A DNA stretch of 64,000 bases from Candidatus Marinacidobacterales bacterium (lineage in GTDB: Bacteria > Acidobacteriota > Vicinamibacteria > Marinacidobacterales > SMYC01), in assembly GCA_965224085.1 (NCBI GenBank), contig CBDCYI010000005.1:192001-256000 (forward strand). The letters run 5' to 3'. Of the stretch, positions 10,280 through 19,050 are shown one piece after another; the first letter of the stretch is position 1; each line of letters starts with the position of its first letter. The translations under genes were made by a program, and so were the position numbers. A model generated the notes under the pieces. It saw nothing but the letters and a program-made list of their open reading frames with translations. It was not told the origin of the DNA and ran no database searches.

Positions 10280-11337
10280 AGGCTCGTGTGCTCACGCTCA
10301 TCATGGTGCTCGCGGCGACCGCGGCAGTGGCGCAGCCACGAGGCGGGATCTTGACCGTGGAGCTCGTGAACGGCACCACCGGAGGACCGGGTTCGGGCGA
10401 GAAGGTGACACTCTATCGCCTCGCCACAGAGATGATGCCGGTGAAGGAGCTCGGCGCCGTCTCGGGCCGCTTCGAGATCACCGATATCGAAGTGGAAGGC
10501 GAGCGGCCGATGCTCCTGCAAGTGACTTCATCGGGTGTCAATTACAACCAACCGGTAAGCTTTGGTCGCGGCTATGAAGCGCGAGCCGAGATCACCGTCT
10601 ACGACGCCTTCGACGAGTGGGACGATACCGTTATCGCGATCACGACGTCGCGATTTCTCTACCGCCGCGAAGGCGACAAGCTTCTCGTCGATAAAGTTTT
10701 CGTCATCGAGAACCGGAGCTCGCCGCCCCGCACCTATCACAACCCGGACGGCACGTTTCGGTTCAACTTGCCTACGGACAACCTGCTCTCGCTCCATTCT
10801 GTCTCGGCGTCGAGCGCGAGTGGGATGCCGGTGCCGCAGCAGGCTTCGCCCATCGCGACAGGCCCCGGCTATGTGACGAAGACGGCGTTCAAGCCGGGTG
10901 AGACGCAAATGTCGATCTCGTACGAGGTGGCTTATGCCGGTGGCCGCTACGCCGTGGACGCGCAAAGCTTCTTCGTGCTGCCGGAGCTTCTTGTCTTCCT
11001 AGCGCCCCCCGACGTGAACGTCGAGGCCGCGGGATGGGAAATTCTCGGGGTCGAGCCGCAAGGGCGTTTTTTCGCCATTCGAAACAACGACGTTGCCCCC
11101 GGCGATCCCATCCGCTTCGAGCTTTCGGGCGGTAGCTCGGTGGCGGAAGATCTCGTGCCTTCTTCCGGCGAGAGCGGAGCGGGCGCGGCACCCCCCGCTA
11201 CGAGCGGTGGCACCGTGACACGGCTAGAAGACCCTACCCGTGCGTCGAAATGGGTCGTGATCATCTTGATGGCAGCGGCCCTCGGCTACGGCCTTCTAGC
11301 CTCGCTTTATCCATCTTCGACGCGACGCGCCGACTGA
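10276..11337 (+). CDS. Exported, C-terminally anchored hypothetical protein in ccm operon
   Basis: Signal peptide, beta-rich body, C-terminal TM; ATGA overlap with upstream gene. Confidence 0.6.
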   Translation: MKARVLTLIMVLAATAAVAQPRGGILTVELVNGTTGGPGSGEKVTLYRLATEMMPVKELGAVSGRFEITDIEVEGERPMLLQVTSSGVNYNQPVSFGRGYEARAEITVYDAFDEWDDTVIAITTSRFLYRREGDKLLVDKVFVIENRSSPPRTYHNPDGTFRFNLPTDNLLSLHSVSASSASGMPVPQQASPIATGPGYVTKTAFKPGETQMSISYEVAYAGGRYAVDAQSFFVLPELLVFLAPPDVNVEAAGWEILGVEPQGRFFAIRNNDVAPGDPIRFELSGGSSVAEDLVPSSGESGAGAAPPATSGGTVTRLEDPTRASKWVVIILMAAALGYGLLASLYPSSTRRAD

Positions 11338-11344
11338 GGTTTTT

Positions 11345-12073
11345 TTGGGGTTGACGGAAACCTTATCGGGCGCGGCCGTTTTCGCAGCGAGTCGTCTGAC
11401 GAAGCAGTTCGGACGCATCCCCGTTCTGAAGGAAGTCGATCTCGAGCTCACCCGCGGCCGTTGCCACGTGCTGTTCGGTAGAAACGGCGCTGGGAAGTCG
11501 ACGCTTCTCTCGGTGGCGGCGACCTTGATGAACCCGACTTCCGGTGAGCTTTTCTACGACGGCAAGCCGCTCGCCGAACTCACGAGCTCCATGCGGGCCA
11601 AGATCGGGCTCGTGAGCCATCAGAGCTTCGTCTACGCCGATCTGACCGTCCGGGAGAACCTCGAGTTCTACGCTTCGCTCTATGGCACGTCACGCGACGT
11701 CGACGAGCTTCTCGAATGGGCGGACCTCGCGCTACGGTCGGGCTCTCCCGCGCGAAGCCTCTCGCGCGGGATGCAGCAGCGGCTCGCGATTACGCGCGCG
11801 CTCGCGCACGAGCCAAAGCTGCTCTTGTTCGACGAGCCGTTCACAGGTCTCGACGCGGTCGCCTCCGAGCGGCTCAGCAATCTTCTGAACGACATCAAGG
11901 GCCGGGATGTCACCGTGCTCCTCGCCACGCACGACATCGAGCGCGGCGTCGCTCTTGCCGATCGCGTCTTGCTCATGGACGGAGGTCGTATCGTGTTCGA
12001 TAAAACCGACGCGACCGATATTATCGACGAGCTTCGCCGCCTCCTTCTCGAGACGAGCTCGCTCGGGAACTGA
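11345..12073 (+). CDS. ccmA: Heme ABC exporter ATPase CcmA
   Basis: Walker A GRNGAGKS, LSRGMQQR, DEPFTGLD; sits before ccmB. Confidence 0.85.
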   Translation: MGLTETLSGAAVFAASRLTKQFGRIPVLKEVDLELTRGRCHVLFGRNGAGKSTLLSVAATLMNPTSGELFYDGKPLAELTSSMRAKIGLVSHQSFVYADLTVRENLEFYASLYGTSRDVDELLEWADLALRSGSPARSLSRGMQQRLAITRALAHEPKLLLFDEPFTGLDAVASERLSNLLNDIKGRDVTVLLATHDIERGVALADRVLLMDGGRIVFDKTDATDIIDELRRLLLETSSLGN

Positions 12074-12074
12074 C

Positions 12075-12770
12075 GTGAGTCCTTATCCGCGCGTCGTGCT
12101 CGCCATCCTTCGGAAAGATGTGCGCAAAGAGCTACGCACCAAAGAGATCGTTTCCTCGATGTTCGTCTTCGCGGTGCTCGTGCTGGTCGTTTTCAATTTC
12201 ACTCTCGCGCTCGACGAGACGCGGGCACTCGAACTCGGCCCCGGCATTCTCTGGACTGCGTTCATCTTCGCTTCGACGCTCGGGCTCAACCGGAGCTTCG
12301 CGGCGGAGCGCGAGAATCAGAGCCTCTCCGGTCTCATGCTAGCGCCGGTCGATAGGAGCGCGATCTATTTCGGGAAGCTTCTCTCGAACCTTCTCTTCAT
12401 ACTCGTGATGGAGAGCTTTGTTCTTCCGCTCTTCGTCGTCTTCTTCAATTTGAACGTGCGTGCGACCCTTCCAGGCTCGGACCTGGCCTGGTTCGGCCTC
12501 GTTCTCGTGCTCGGAACGGTAGGCTATACAGCGCTCGGCACTATCCTCGCAGCGGTCGCCGCCAATACGACGATGCGCGACGTGCTGCTGCCAATGCTTC
12601 TGTTCAGCTTCGCGATTCCCATCGTCATCGCGGCGGCCGAGGCCACACGGCTTCTCTTCGATGTCGATCCTTTATCAGGCCCGGGCACATGGGTGGCGCT
12701 TCTCGCCGGCTGCACGACGTCCTATCTCGCGGTATCGTGGATGGTTTTCGAATACGTGCTCGAAGACTGA
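12075..12770 (+). CDS. ccmB: Heme exporter permease CcmB
   Basis: KD.R.ELR, LGLNRSF..E.EN, LLP.LLF motifs; GTG start 12075. Confidence 0.88.
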   Translation: MSPYPRVVLAILRKDVRKELRTKEIVSSMFVFAVLVLVVFNFTLALDETRALELGPGILWTAFIFASTLGLNRSFAAERENQSLSGLMLAPVDRSAIYFGKLLSNLLFILVMESFVLPLFVVFFNLNVRATLPGSDLAWFGLVLVLGTVGYTALGTILAAVAANTTMRDVLLPMLLFSFAIPIVIAAAEATRLLFDVDPLSGPGTWVALLAGCTTSYLAVSWMVFEYVLED

Positions 12771-12916
12771 GCCCACTTGCACCCAACTGTCGCTCTTCTA
12801 ACGACCCTGCTGGCGCAAGCCCCGGACGGCCGAGGCCTCGCTGTGACCGCGCACGAAGTCGAAGAGCTTCCACGCATCGACGGCGTGCTGAGCGAGCCTA
12901 TCTGGCAGCGCGCTGC

Positions 12917-14285
12917 GGATGTGTCCCGAGGTCCGTGGAAAAAGAACAGCGCACCTCGACTCCGTCATCAGGGTATCAGATCAAGCGGCAACCTCCGCGT
13001 GTTCGAGAACCTCGCTCAGACGTTGGTAGCCGTCGATGCGTCGCAGTTGAATCTGGCCAGAGGCGATAAGCCCAAACAGCAAAGCGACCGCGGACTCCTC
13101 GCTGGAGAACGACGCTTGGGTTTTCGTCCGGCGTCGAAACTCGCGGTTGAGATTCTCCAGAGCATTGGTCGTGCGAATCGATTTCCACATGGCACGAGGG
13201 AATTCGTAGAAGGTCAGCAGCTGATTGCCGGCCTCCTCTAGGCTTCGGACGACGGCCGGCGCGAGAGGCGTCCACTTGGCGACGAGCTTGTCATAGGCTT
13301 TGCGAGCATCGATACCGTTTTTGCTGTAGACGATCCGGTTGTAGTCACGCCGGAGCTCACGGCGTGCGTGCGCCGGACAATGTTCGAGCAAGTTGGCGCG
13401 CTTGTGCTCGGTACATCGCTGCAACCGGCACTCCGGCCACTTCTCGAGCGCCTTCGTCAGCCCCTTGTGGCCGTCGCTGATCACCAGCTTGGGAGCCCGT
13501 AGTCCTCGGGCCTGGAGTCCTTCCAGCGCGGAGCCCCAATGCGTCGAGGATTCGCTCACTGCCAGACGCAACGACAACAGCCGTTTCTGGCCGTCTGGCG
13601 CGACCCCGAGCGCTGCCAGCACAGGCACGCTGATCACACGCTTCGCCATCCGCACCTTCAGGTGGAAGCCGTCCAGGTAAACGATCGCGTAGACTTCATC
13701 GCTAAGGTCACGGCTCTGCCATTCTTCGAAGCGCTCTTTTAGTCGGCTAACTACGCGAGACACCGCGCTTTTCGATAAGTGCTCTTCACCAAGCAGCGGT
13801 TTCAGCGCCCTGCGGATCCGAAGGCTGTTCGCGCCCGACAAGTACGTCCCCAAGATCACCTCGTCGACCTCACGAGTACGGCGCGCGTACCGGGGCAACA
13901 GCTCGCTTTTGAACTCCGTCGTCTCTCCCGTTTCCTCGTCTCGCACACGGGCTCGTGGCACTCGCAGCTCGCGTGTTCCCACCGATGTCGTCACGCGGCG
14001 GGTCTCGGCGCCGTTGCGATAACCACGGCGTCCTTCCGAACGCTCGTAGCTAACACAACCCAGCGCTTGGTCCACTTCCTCCTCGAGCACAACCTCGATC
14101 GCCTCCAGTACCCGCTTGCGCAACCGAAGCTGGACGAACTCCCGGTACTCGCTTACAGACTCCTTGGATATGGTGGTAGGCTTCTTCATGGCGTAATCCT
14201 CCTCCTCGCCTTTTCAGGCGCGGTTTTGATTTTGGTTAACCGGAGGTTACGCCATTCTTATTTCCACGGAACCCGGGACAGATCC
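12917..14285 (-). mobile_element. IS256-family element, complete
   Basis: Imperfect TIRs GGATGTGTCCCGAGGTCCGTGGAAA / TTTCCACGGAACCCGGGACAGATCC; 9-bp TSD GCGCGCTGC (12908-12916, 14286-14294). Confidence 0.93.
12981..14189 (-). CDS. IS256-family transposase
   Basis: GYRNG, YLDG, ISDG.KGL, QRC..H and RTTN.LE..NRE motifs. Confidence 0.93.
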   Translation of the reverse strand: MKKPTTISKESVSEYREFVQLRLRKRVLEAIEVVLEEEVDQALGCVSYERSEGRRGYRNGAETRRVTTSVGTRELRVPRARVRDEETGETTEFKSELLPRYARRTREVDEVILGTYLSGANSLRIRRALKPLLGEEHLSKSAVSRVVSRLKERFEEWQSRDLSDEVYAIVYLDGFHLKVRMAKRVISVPVLAALGVAPDGQKRLLSLRLAVSESSTHWGSALEGLQARGLRAPKLVISDGHKGLTKALEKWPECRLQRCTEHKRANLLEHCPAHARRELRRDYNRIVYSKNGIDARKAYDKLVAKWTPLAPAVVRSLEEAGNQLLTFYEFPRAMWKSIRTTNALENLNREFRRRTKTQASFSSEESAVALLFGLIASGQIQLRRIDGYQRLSEVLEHAEVAA

Positions 14286-14509
14286 GCGCGCTGCCGTCGT
14301 CACCGACTTCGTACAAACCGAGCCGCGCGCGGGTGAGCCTTCTGAGCAGCGCACCGCAGTACGCATCATCTATACCCGTGACGTGCTTCTGATCGGTGCC
14401 CGAGCGCATCGTCGGAACAGAGCATCGTCGTGACGGGCTTCTCGAAGCCGAGGACAGTTTCGAGATCGATCCGGGCTACGAAATTCCGCAGCTTCCCGCC
14501 TGAGCCTCG

Positions 14510-14715
14510 TCTCAACCAGTACCGTCGGAATCCGTCGCTACTCCATTAGGTGACGTTGTCTGTCTTCACGAAGTCCAGGCAGCTAGCCGATCCGGGCCCA
14601 GAGCCGCGAAGGACGACCCAGAAATGCCCGATCGGTGTGATCGAGCGTCGGCCGGGGGCCGTCCCTTGTGAGCGCTGTCACTCGCTGCCGGAGCAGCAAG
14701 TTTTCGATCACGAGA
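14510..14715 (-). pseudogene. Degenerate N-terminal remnant of an integrase-core transposase
   Basis: Minus-strand translation LVIENLLLRQR...HFWVVLR...FVKTDNV.*W..DGFRRYW resembles the ENLALRQQL...VQPETV.RWHR.GFRLYW N-terminus. Confidence 0.45.
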
Positions 14716-14723
14716 CAGTTGAG

Positions 14724-15672
14724 CTATCGCAAGTTCTTGTTGTACTCCATATCCATCCACATGGCGAACAACAGGGCCTGCATGGCGGTGACGATCAAGA
14801 ACCCGGAGAAGATGACGGCAGGGGCCGCGATGGATCCCAACGTGAACCGCAGGTAGAAGCAGTACAGGCCGAGAGCGACGCCAAACGCCAAAAGGAATAA
14901 ACCGAACGAAAGGAAGAAAATCAAAGGGTGAAAGTCGCGAATGATGTACTTCTCCTTGAGCCGCCAAGCGAAGGACTTGACGAGGAGCCAAGAGATTTCG
15001 GTATCACCTTGGGAACGCGCATTCCGGACTGCTCCCCGATCCCGTAAACGGGGCGCACCGCCACATCCGTCACGCGTCGGCTGTAAATATTGAGGAGCAC
15101 GAGAAAATGGTTGGGAAATCCGTAACCGGTGTAGAGCTTTTCCAGGGGAAGATCGGCCAGGGCCTCACCGGAGATCACCGTGTAGCCCGACTGGGAGTCG
15201 GCCACGTGCAGTAGCCGGATGCGATCTTCGTCAACAAGGAAAGAACGGCGTTTCCAAAATATCGCACCTTGGGGATGATCCTCCAAGCTTCCCCGCTGAA
15301 GAGGCGATTGCCCTTGCTATAGTCCACCTCGCCACGGGCCACCGGGCGAAGGAGGTTCGAGAGATCCGCTGGATCCATCTGAGCATCACCCCCCATGACC
15401 CCGATCATATCCATTCCGTCCTCGAGGGCCCGGCGGTATCCGGTTATGATTGCGGCTCCCACTCCCCGATTCTTTGAGTGCTCCAGAAGAAAGACACGGC
15501 CGTTCATCGAAGCTTCGTGTGAGCGAACTTTCTCCTTGGTGGCATCTCGGCTGGCATCGTCGACCACGTAAATCCGATCGACCGCGTCCGGCATCGTCTC
15601 GATGACCCGGCTGATCAGCTTTTCCTCGTTGTAAGCAGGAACCACGATCCCCACTTTGCGATTTTCAAACAT
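14724..15672 (-). pseudogene. Glycosyltransferase family 2 split by two frameshifts (possibly sequencing errors)
   Basis: Three consecutive ORFs join into one GT2 (VPAYNEE, VDDAS, GDAQMDP, DSQSGY, C-terminal TMs); breaks at GG->G near 15210 and AAAA->AAA near 14996. Confidence 0.75.
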
Positions 15673-15839
15673 GACCTACCACCCCATGCCGGGCCTTCCG
15701 CGCGCGCGCCTCGGCGCCGAAGTCAAGCGAGCCGCCAAGCGAGAAGGACACCGGGAGCCTCGAACGCTGCCGACGGAAAGAGGCTCAAAGCACCGCGAAA
15801 TGGATACGTCCTCGCCGTCGAGCGCCTCGTTTTCATGCA

Positions 15840-17615
15840 TCACAGGGTCTTTTCCAGGACGAAATCTCCCATGATCAACGCATCCAGACCCGTGCCGTAG
15901 AAGCAGCGCAGCGCGTCCCGCGGGGTGCAAACGATGGGCTCGTCCTTCACGTTGAAAGACGTGTTGAGCACTCCCGGCACTTCCGTGATGCGGCGAAAGC
16001 AATCGATGAGCTCCCAGTAGCGAGGGTTGGTTTTTCGGCTCACCGTCTGGGGTCTCGTGGTCCGATCGATCCAGTGCATGGCGCTCGGAATGCTCTCCCG
16101 TTTGTTTTCCGCGACCTCGAAAGCCATGTTCATGAAGGGCGAGGGAGCGGGCTTTTTCACGTACTCGGGAAACGACTCCTCCAGAATGGACAGTGCGAAA
16201 GGACGCCAGCTCTCGCGAAACTTTACCCGATCGTTTACCAGGTCTTTCATGTCCGGCCTCCGGGGATCGGCCAGAATCGAGCGAGCCCCAAGAGCCCGCG
16301 GCCCGCACTCCATCCTTCCTTGGAACCAGCCCACAATCTTGCCCTCCGCAATCATCCGCGCTCCTTCCTCGGCGGCGCACCCAGAGAGGCGGTGAGGAAC
16401 TCGATTCGCCTTCAAAAGCGCCTCGATCTTCTCGTTGCTGTAATCCGGCCCCCAGTACAGGTGGTCCATGGTGAAACGGCAGTCGTCCCCTCGCTCCATG
16501 GCCGCCACCATGGCCGCCCCCAAAGAGACGCCCCCGTCATAGGCAATGGGCTGGATGAAAATCTCCCGGGCTATCCCTCGCCGGTGAATCTCGCCGTTCA
16601 TCTTGCAATTGAGAGCGACTCCGCCCGCCAGGCAGAGACGATCGGTGCCGGCCAGGCGGATGGCCAACGAGGCGAGATGAACGCCCGCCTCCTCGAGACG
16701 ATTCTGAACGGCGTAAGCTATTTCGCGGTGGCGGTCGTTGAGCGGGTCGCCCTTCGCGCGCGGCAGGCCTAGCTGGTCGACGAGCACGTCGCTGAAGAAC
16801 TTTCCATAGCTCCGCTTTCCGTAGAAGAGATAGTCGGCGTTCACCCGGATGCCGTCGTCGGTGATCATGAGGATTCGCTTCACGAGCTCCTCTATCTCCG
16901 GATTCGGCTTCCCGAACGGAGCCAACCCCATGAGCTTTACCTCGCCCTCGTTGGGGTTCCATCCCAGGAACTCGGTGAAGGCCGAGTAGAACCAGCCAAG
17001 CGAATGGGGAATGTTGATTTCCTTGAGGAGGCGAATTCGCTTCCCCTCGCCGCGGAAGATGGTCGTAGTGTTCTCCTCACCATGGCCGTCGAAAACCAAA
17101 ATCGCGCTTTCATCGAACCCTGAGCAGTAATGAGCGCTGGCGGCGTGAGCGAGATGATGCTTGATGAACGAGACGGGCGGGATCCGTCCGTCCTTGAAGC
17201 CGGCGTCGCCGAGACCGAGAACGATCTTTTCCATGAGGGCCTTGGGCTGAAAGCTCACCAGGCTCCTGATTCCGCTGAGGACGGCCGAGCCGAGCTGCGG
17301 CCTTCCCGGAGAAGCATGAGGAGCGCGGGGGTGTCGCCACGCCCTATGCTTCAAGAAAGACTTGGCGAGGAAAAGGGGAAAGCGCCACCGATAGGCATTG
17401 GCATCCCAGCCAAAGGCAATACAGTCGATATCGTCGAGCCCGAGCTTCGCACGCTTGAGACAGTAGCGAATGGAATGGCTCGGCAAATAGCCGAGGGCCT
17501 GCTTGACCCGAACGAAACGTTCCTCCTCCACGAAGGCGACGAGCTCGCCGTCCTTGAGCACACAGGCCGAAGGGTGTCCCCCCACGTCGACGGCAATGAT
17601 CCCGAGGATGTTCAT
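15840..17615 (-). CDS. Carbamoyltransferase (CmcH/NodU family)
   Basis: EEERF.R.K, HHLAHA, DG.GE, KLMGLA, AGGVALN, GPRALG.RS and LNTSFN motifs. Confidence 0.92.
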   Translation of the reverse strand: MNILGIIAVDVGGHPSACVLKDGELVAFVEEERFVRVKQALGYLPSHSIRYCLKRAKLGLDDIDCIAFGWDANAYRWRFPLFLAKSFLKHRAWRHPRAPHASPGRPQLGSAVLSGIRSLVSFQPKALMEKIVLGLGDAGFKDGRIPPVSFIKHHLAHAASAHYCSGFDESAILVFDGHGEENTTTIFRGEGKRIRLLKEINIPHSLGWFYSAFTEFLGWNPNEGEVKLMGLAPFGKPNPEIEELVKRILMITDDGIRVNADYLFYGKRSYGKFFSDVLVDQLGLPRAKGDPLNDRHREIAYAVQNRLEEAGVHLASLAIRLAGTDRLCLAGGVALNCKMNGEIHRRGIAREIFIQPIAYDGGVSLGAAMVAAMERGDDCRFTMDHLYWGPDYSNEKIEALLKANRVPHRLSGCAAEEGARMIAEGKIVGWFQGRMECGPRALGARSILADPRRPDMKDLVNDRVKFRESWRPFALSILEESFPEYVKKPAPSPFMNMAFEVAENKRESIPSAMHWIDRTTRPQTVSRKTNPRYWELIDCFRRITEVPGVLNTSFNVKDEPIVCTPRDALRCFYGTGLDALIMGDFVLEKTL

Positions 17616-17750
17616 GAGCGATGGGATTATACACGTCTCGCCTCGGGCCGCCTCGATGCCTCGATGGAGCGGCTCGCAGCTTCGGTCTCGAGGTGATAAG
17701 GTGTCGGGCCGCTAATAAGTACGAGAGCCACTTGAAGCTGAGGCTCACTC

Positions 17751-18692
17751 ATGGCCAACGAAATCTTGATGTCCGTCGACGTGGACGAATGGTACCAGTG
17801 TCGCTGGGCAACGGGCTCCGAGTTCGCCCTTTGGCCTGACACTCAGACCTTTTTTCGGGAGTATTACGGCAGCGACAAGCCCTCAGGAGAGATACTCCCC
17901 CTTGTGGAGAGAATACTGGAGCTTTTCGCCGAGAATGAGATCCGGGCCACTTTCTTCTTCACCGGGGAGATCGCCTCCTTTTACCCCGACTTGGTGAAGA
18001 GAGTCGCCGCCGAAGGTCATGAGATCGCCTCGCACAACCTGATTCACAAAGACTACCACCAGGTGGCTCTCTACGAGTTCACCGAGCACTTGAAAAAAGC
18101 GAACGGCTTGCTAGAAGACCAGAGTGGGCAAGCCATTTCGGGCTATCGCGCTCCGAACTCCGCCGTCCACCCGGACATGATACGCTGCTTGCTGGAGCAG
18201 GGCCTGCGCTACGACTCCTCGGTCACGCCCACGCGGCCCTTCATGGGCAAGTTCGGCGAATTCACCAAGGCTTCTGTGAATCCCTATCCCCTGGGGGAAA
18301 ACAGCTTCGTCGAGCGGGGGAGCTCGGGCTTATGGGAGTTTCCCCTGCCCGTTTTCCCTTGGGGAAAGCTGCCGGCCGGCTCCGGCATCATGACTCGGAT
18401 CGCCGGATACCGATACACGGTTACCGCCTTGGACCGAGCCCTCGAAACCGGCGACACGGTCTACTACTTCCATCCTTATGAGATCGGCCCCAGACCCCAG
18501 CTCGACGGGATCGATCTCCGCACCAGGATCTTCCTGCGCAATCTGGGGGAGAGTTATTTCCGGAGCCTGAAACGGCTCATCGAGCGCTACCGCGGCCGTT
18601 TCGTCTGCGGGTGTGACCTGCTACGCCGCATTCAACGTTCTGCCGGGAGCCCGGGCGCCCAGCCTCCCGTTCTCAATAGACCTCGGATCTAG
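17751..18692 (+). CDS. Polysaccharide deacetylase (DUF3473-type)
   Basis: SVDVDEW, ATFFF.G, GHEIASH, GYRAP, YDSS and YFHPYE motifs. Confidence 0.85.
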   Translation: MANEILMSVDVDEWYQCRWATGSEFALWPDTQTFFREYYGSDKPSGEILPLVERILELFAENEIRATFFFTGEIASFYPDLVKRVAAEGHEIASHNLIHKDYHQVALYEFTEHLKKANGLLEDQSGQAISGYRAPNSAVHPDMIRCLLEQGLRYDSSVTPTRPFMGKFGEFTKASVNPYPLGENSFVERGSSGLWEFPLPVFPWGKLPAGSGIMTRIAGYRYTVTALDRALETGDTVYYFHPYEIGPRPQLDGIDLRTRIFLRNLGESYFRSLKRLIERYRGRFVCGCDLLRRIQRSAGSPGAQPPVLNRPRI

Positions 18693-19050
18693 GCGCTTCA
18701 CACCGACATCGCGATCGGGTACTGGCGGTGTTCAAGGTCCTCGACTTACAACAAGACCGCGGCTACGTCTTCGACTCGCTGGAGTCCGTTTTGCGCGACA
18801 AGGTTTACGAACGAGCGGACATTTATATAGGCCGCGTCGGTTTGTCCTGAATCCATCGTTGGTTCGAAGACGGCCCCAAGGAAAGCGTCAACGAACCGGT
18901 CGAATCTGACGCGATGAGGGAATTGTTCGGGTCTTATGGTCTGAGGCAATAACGCACACACCTAGCCTGCCTATTGCGGTCGCACCGCAACGATCAACGA
19001 ATCCCTGCGGCTCGACGCTCTATGACGCCAAATCGGTACTTTAGCTTTTG

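Larger units (their letters stand above)
12777..14460 (+). pseudogene. DUF5916/CBM9-like protein interrupted by IS256 and truncated
   Basis: PRIDGVLSEPIWQRAA before the IS continues as AVVTDFVQTEPRAGEPSEQRTAVRIIYT after it, then decays. Confidence 0.65.

Noticed and set aside
18693-19050. Possible gene-cassette remnant between deacetylase and sulfatase
   Set aside because: A protein-like frame with an internal stop, but no convincing attC or recognisable family.
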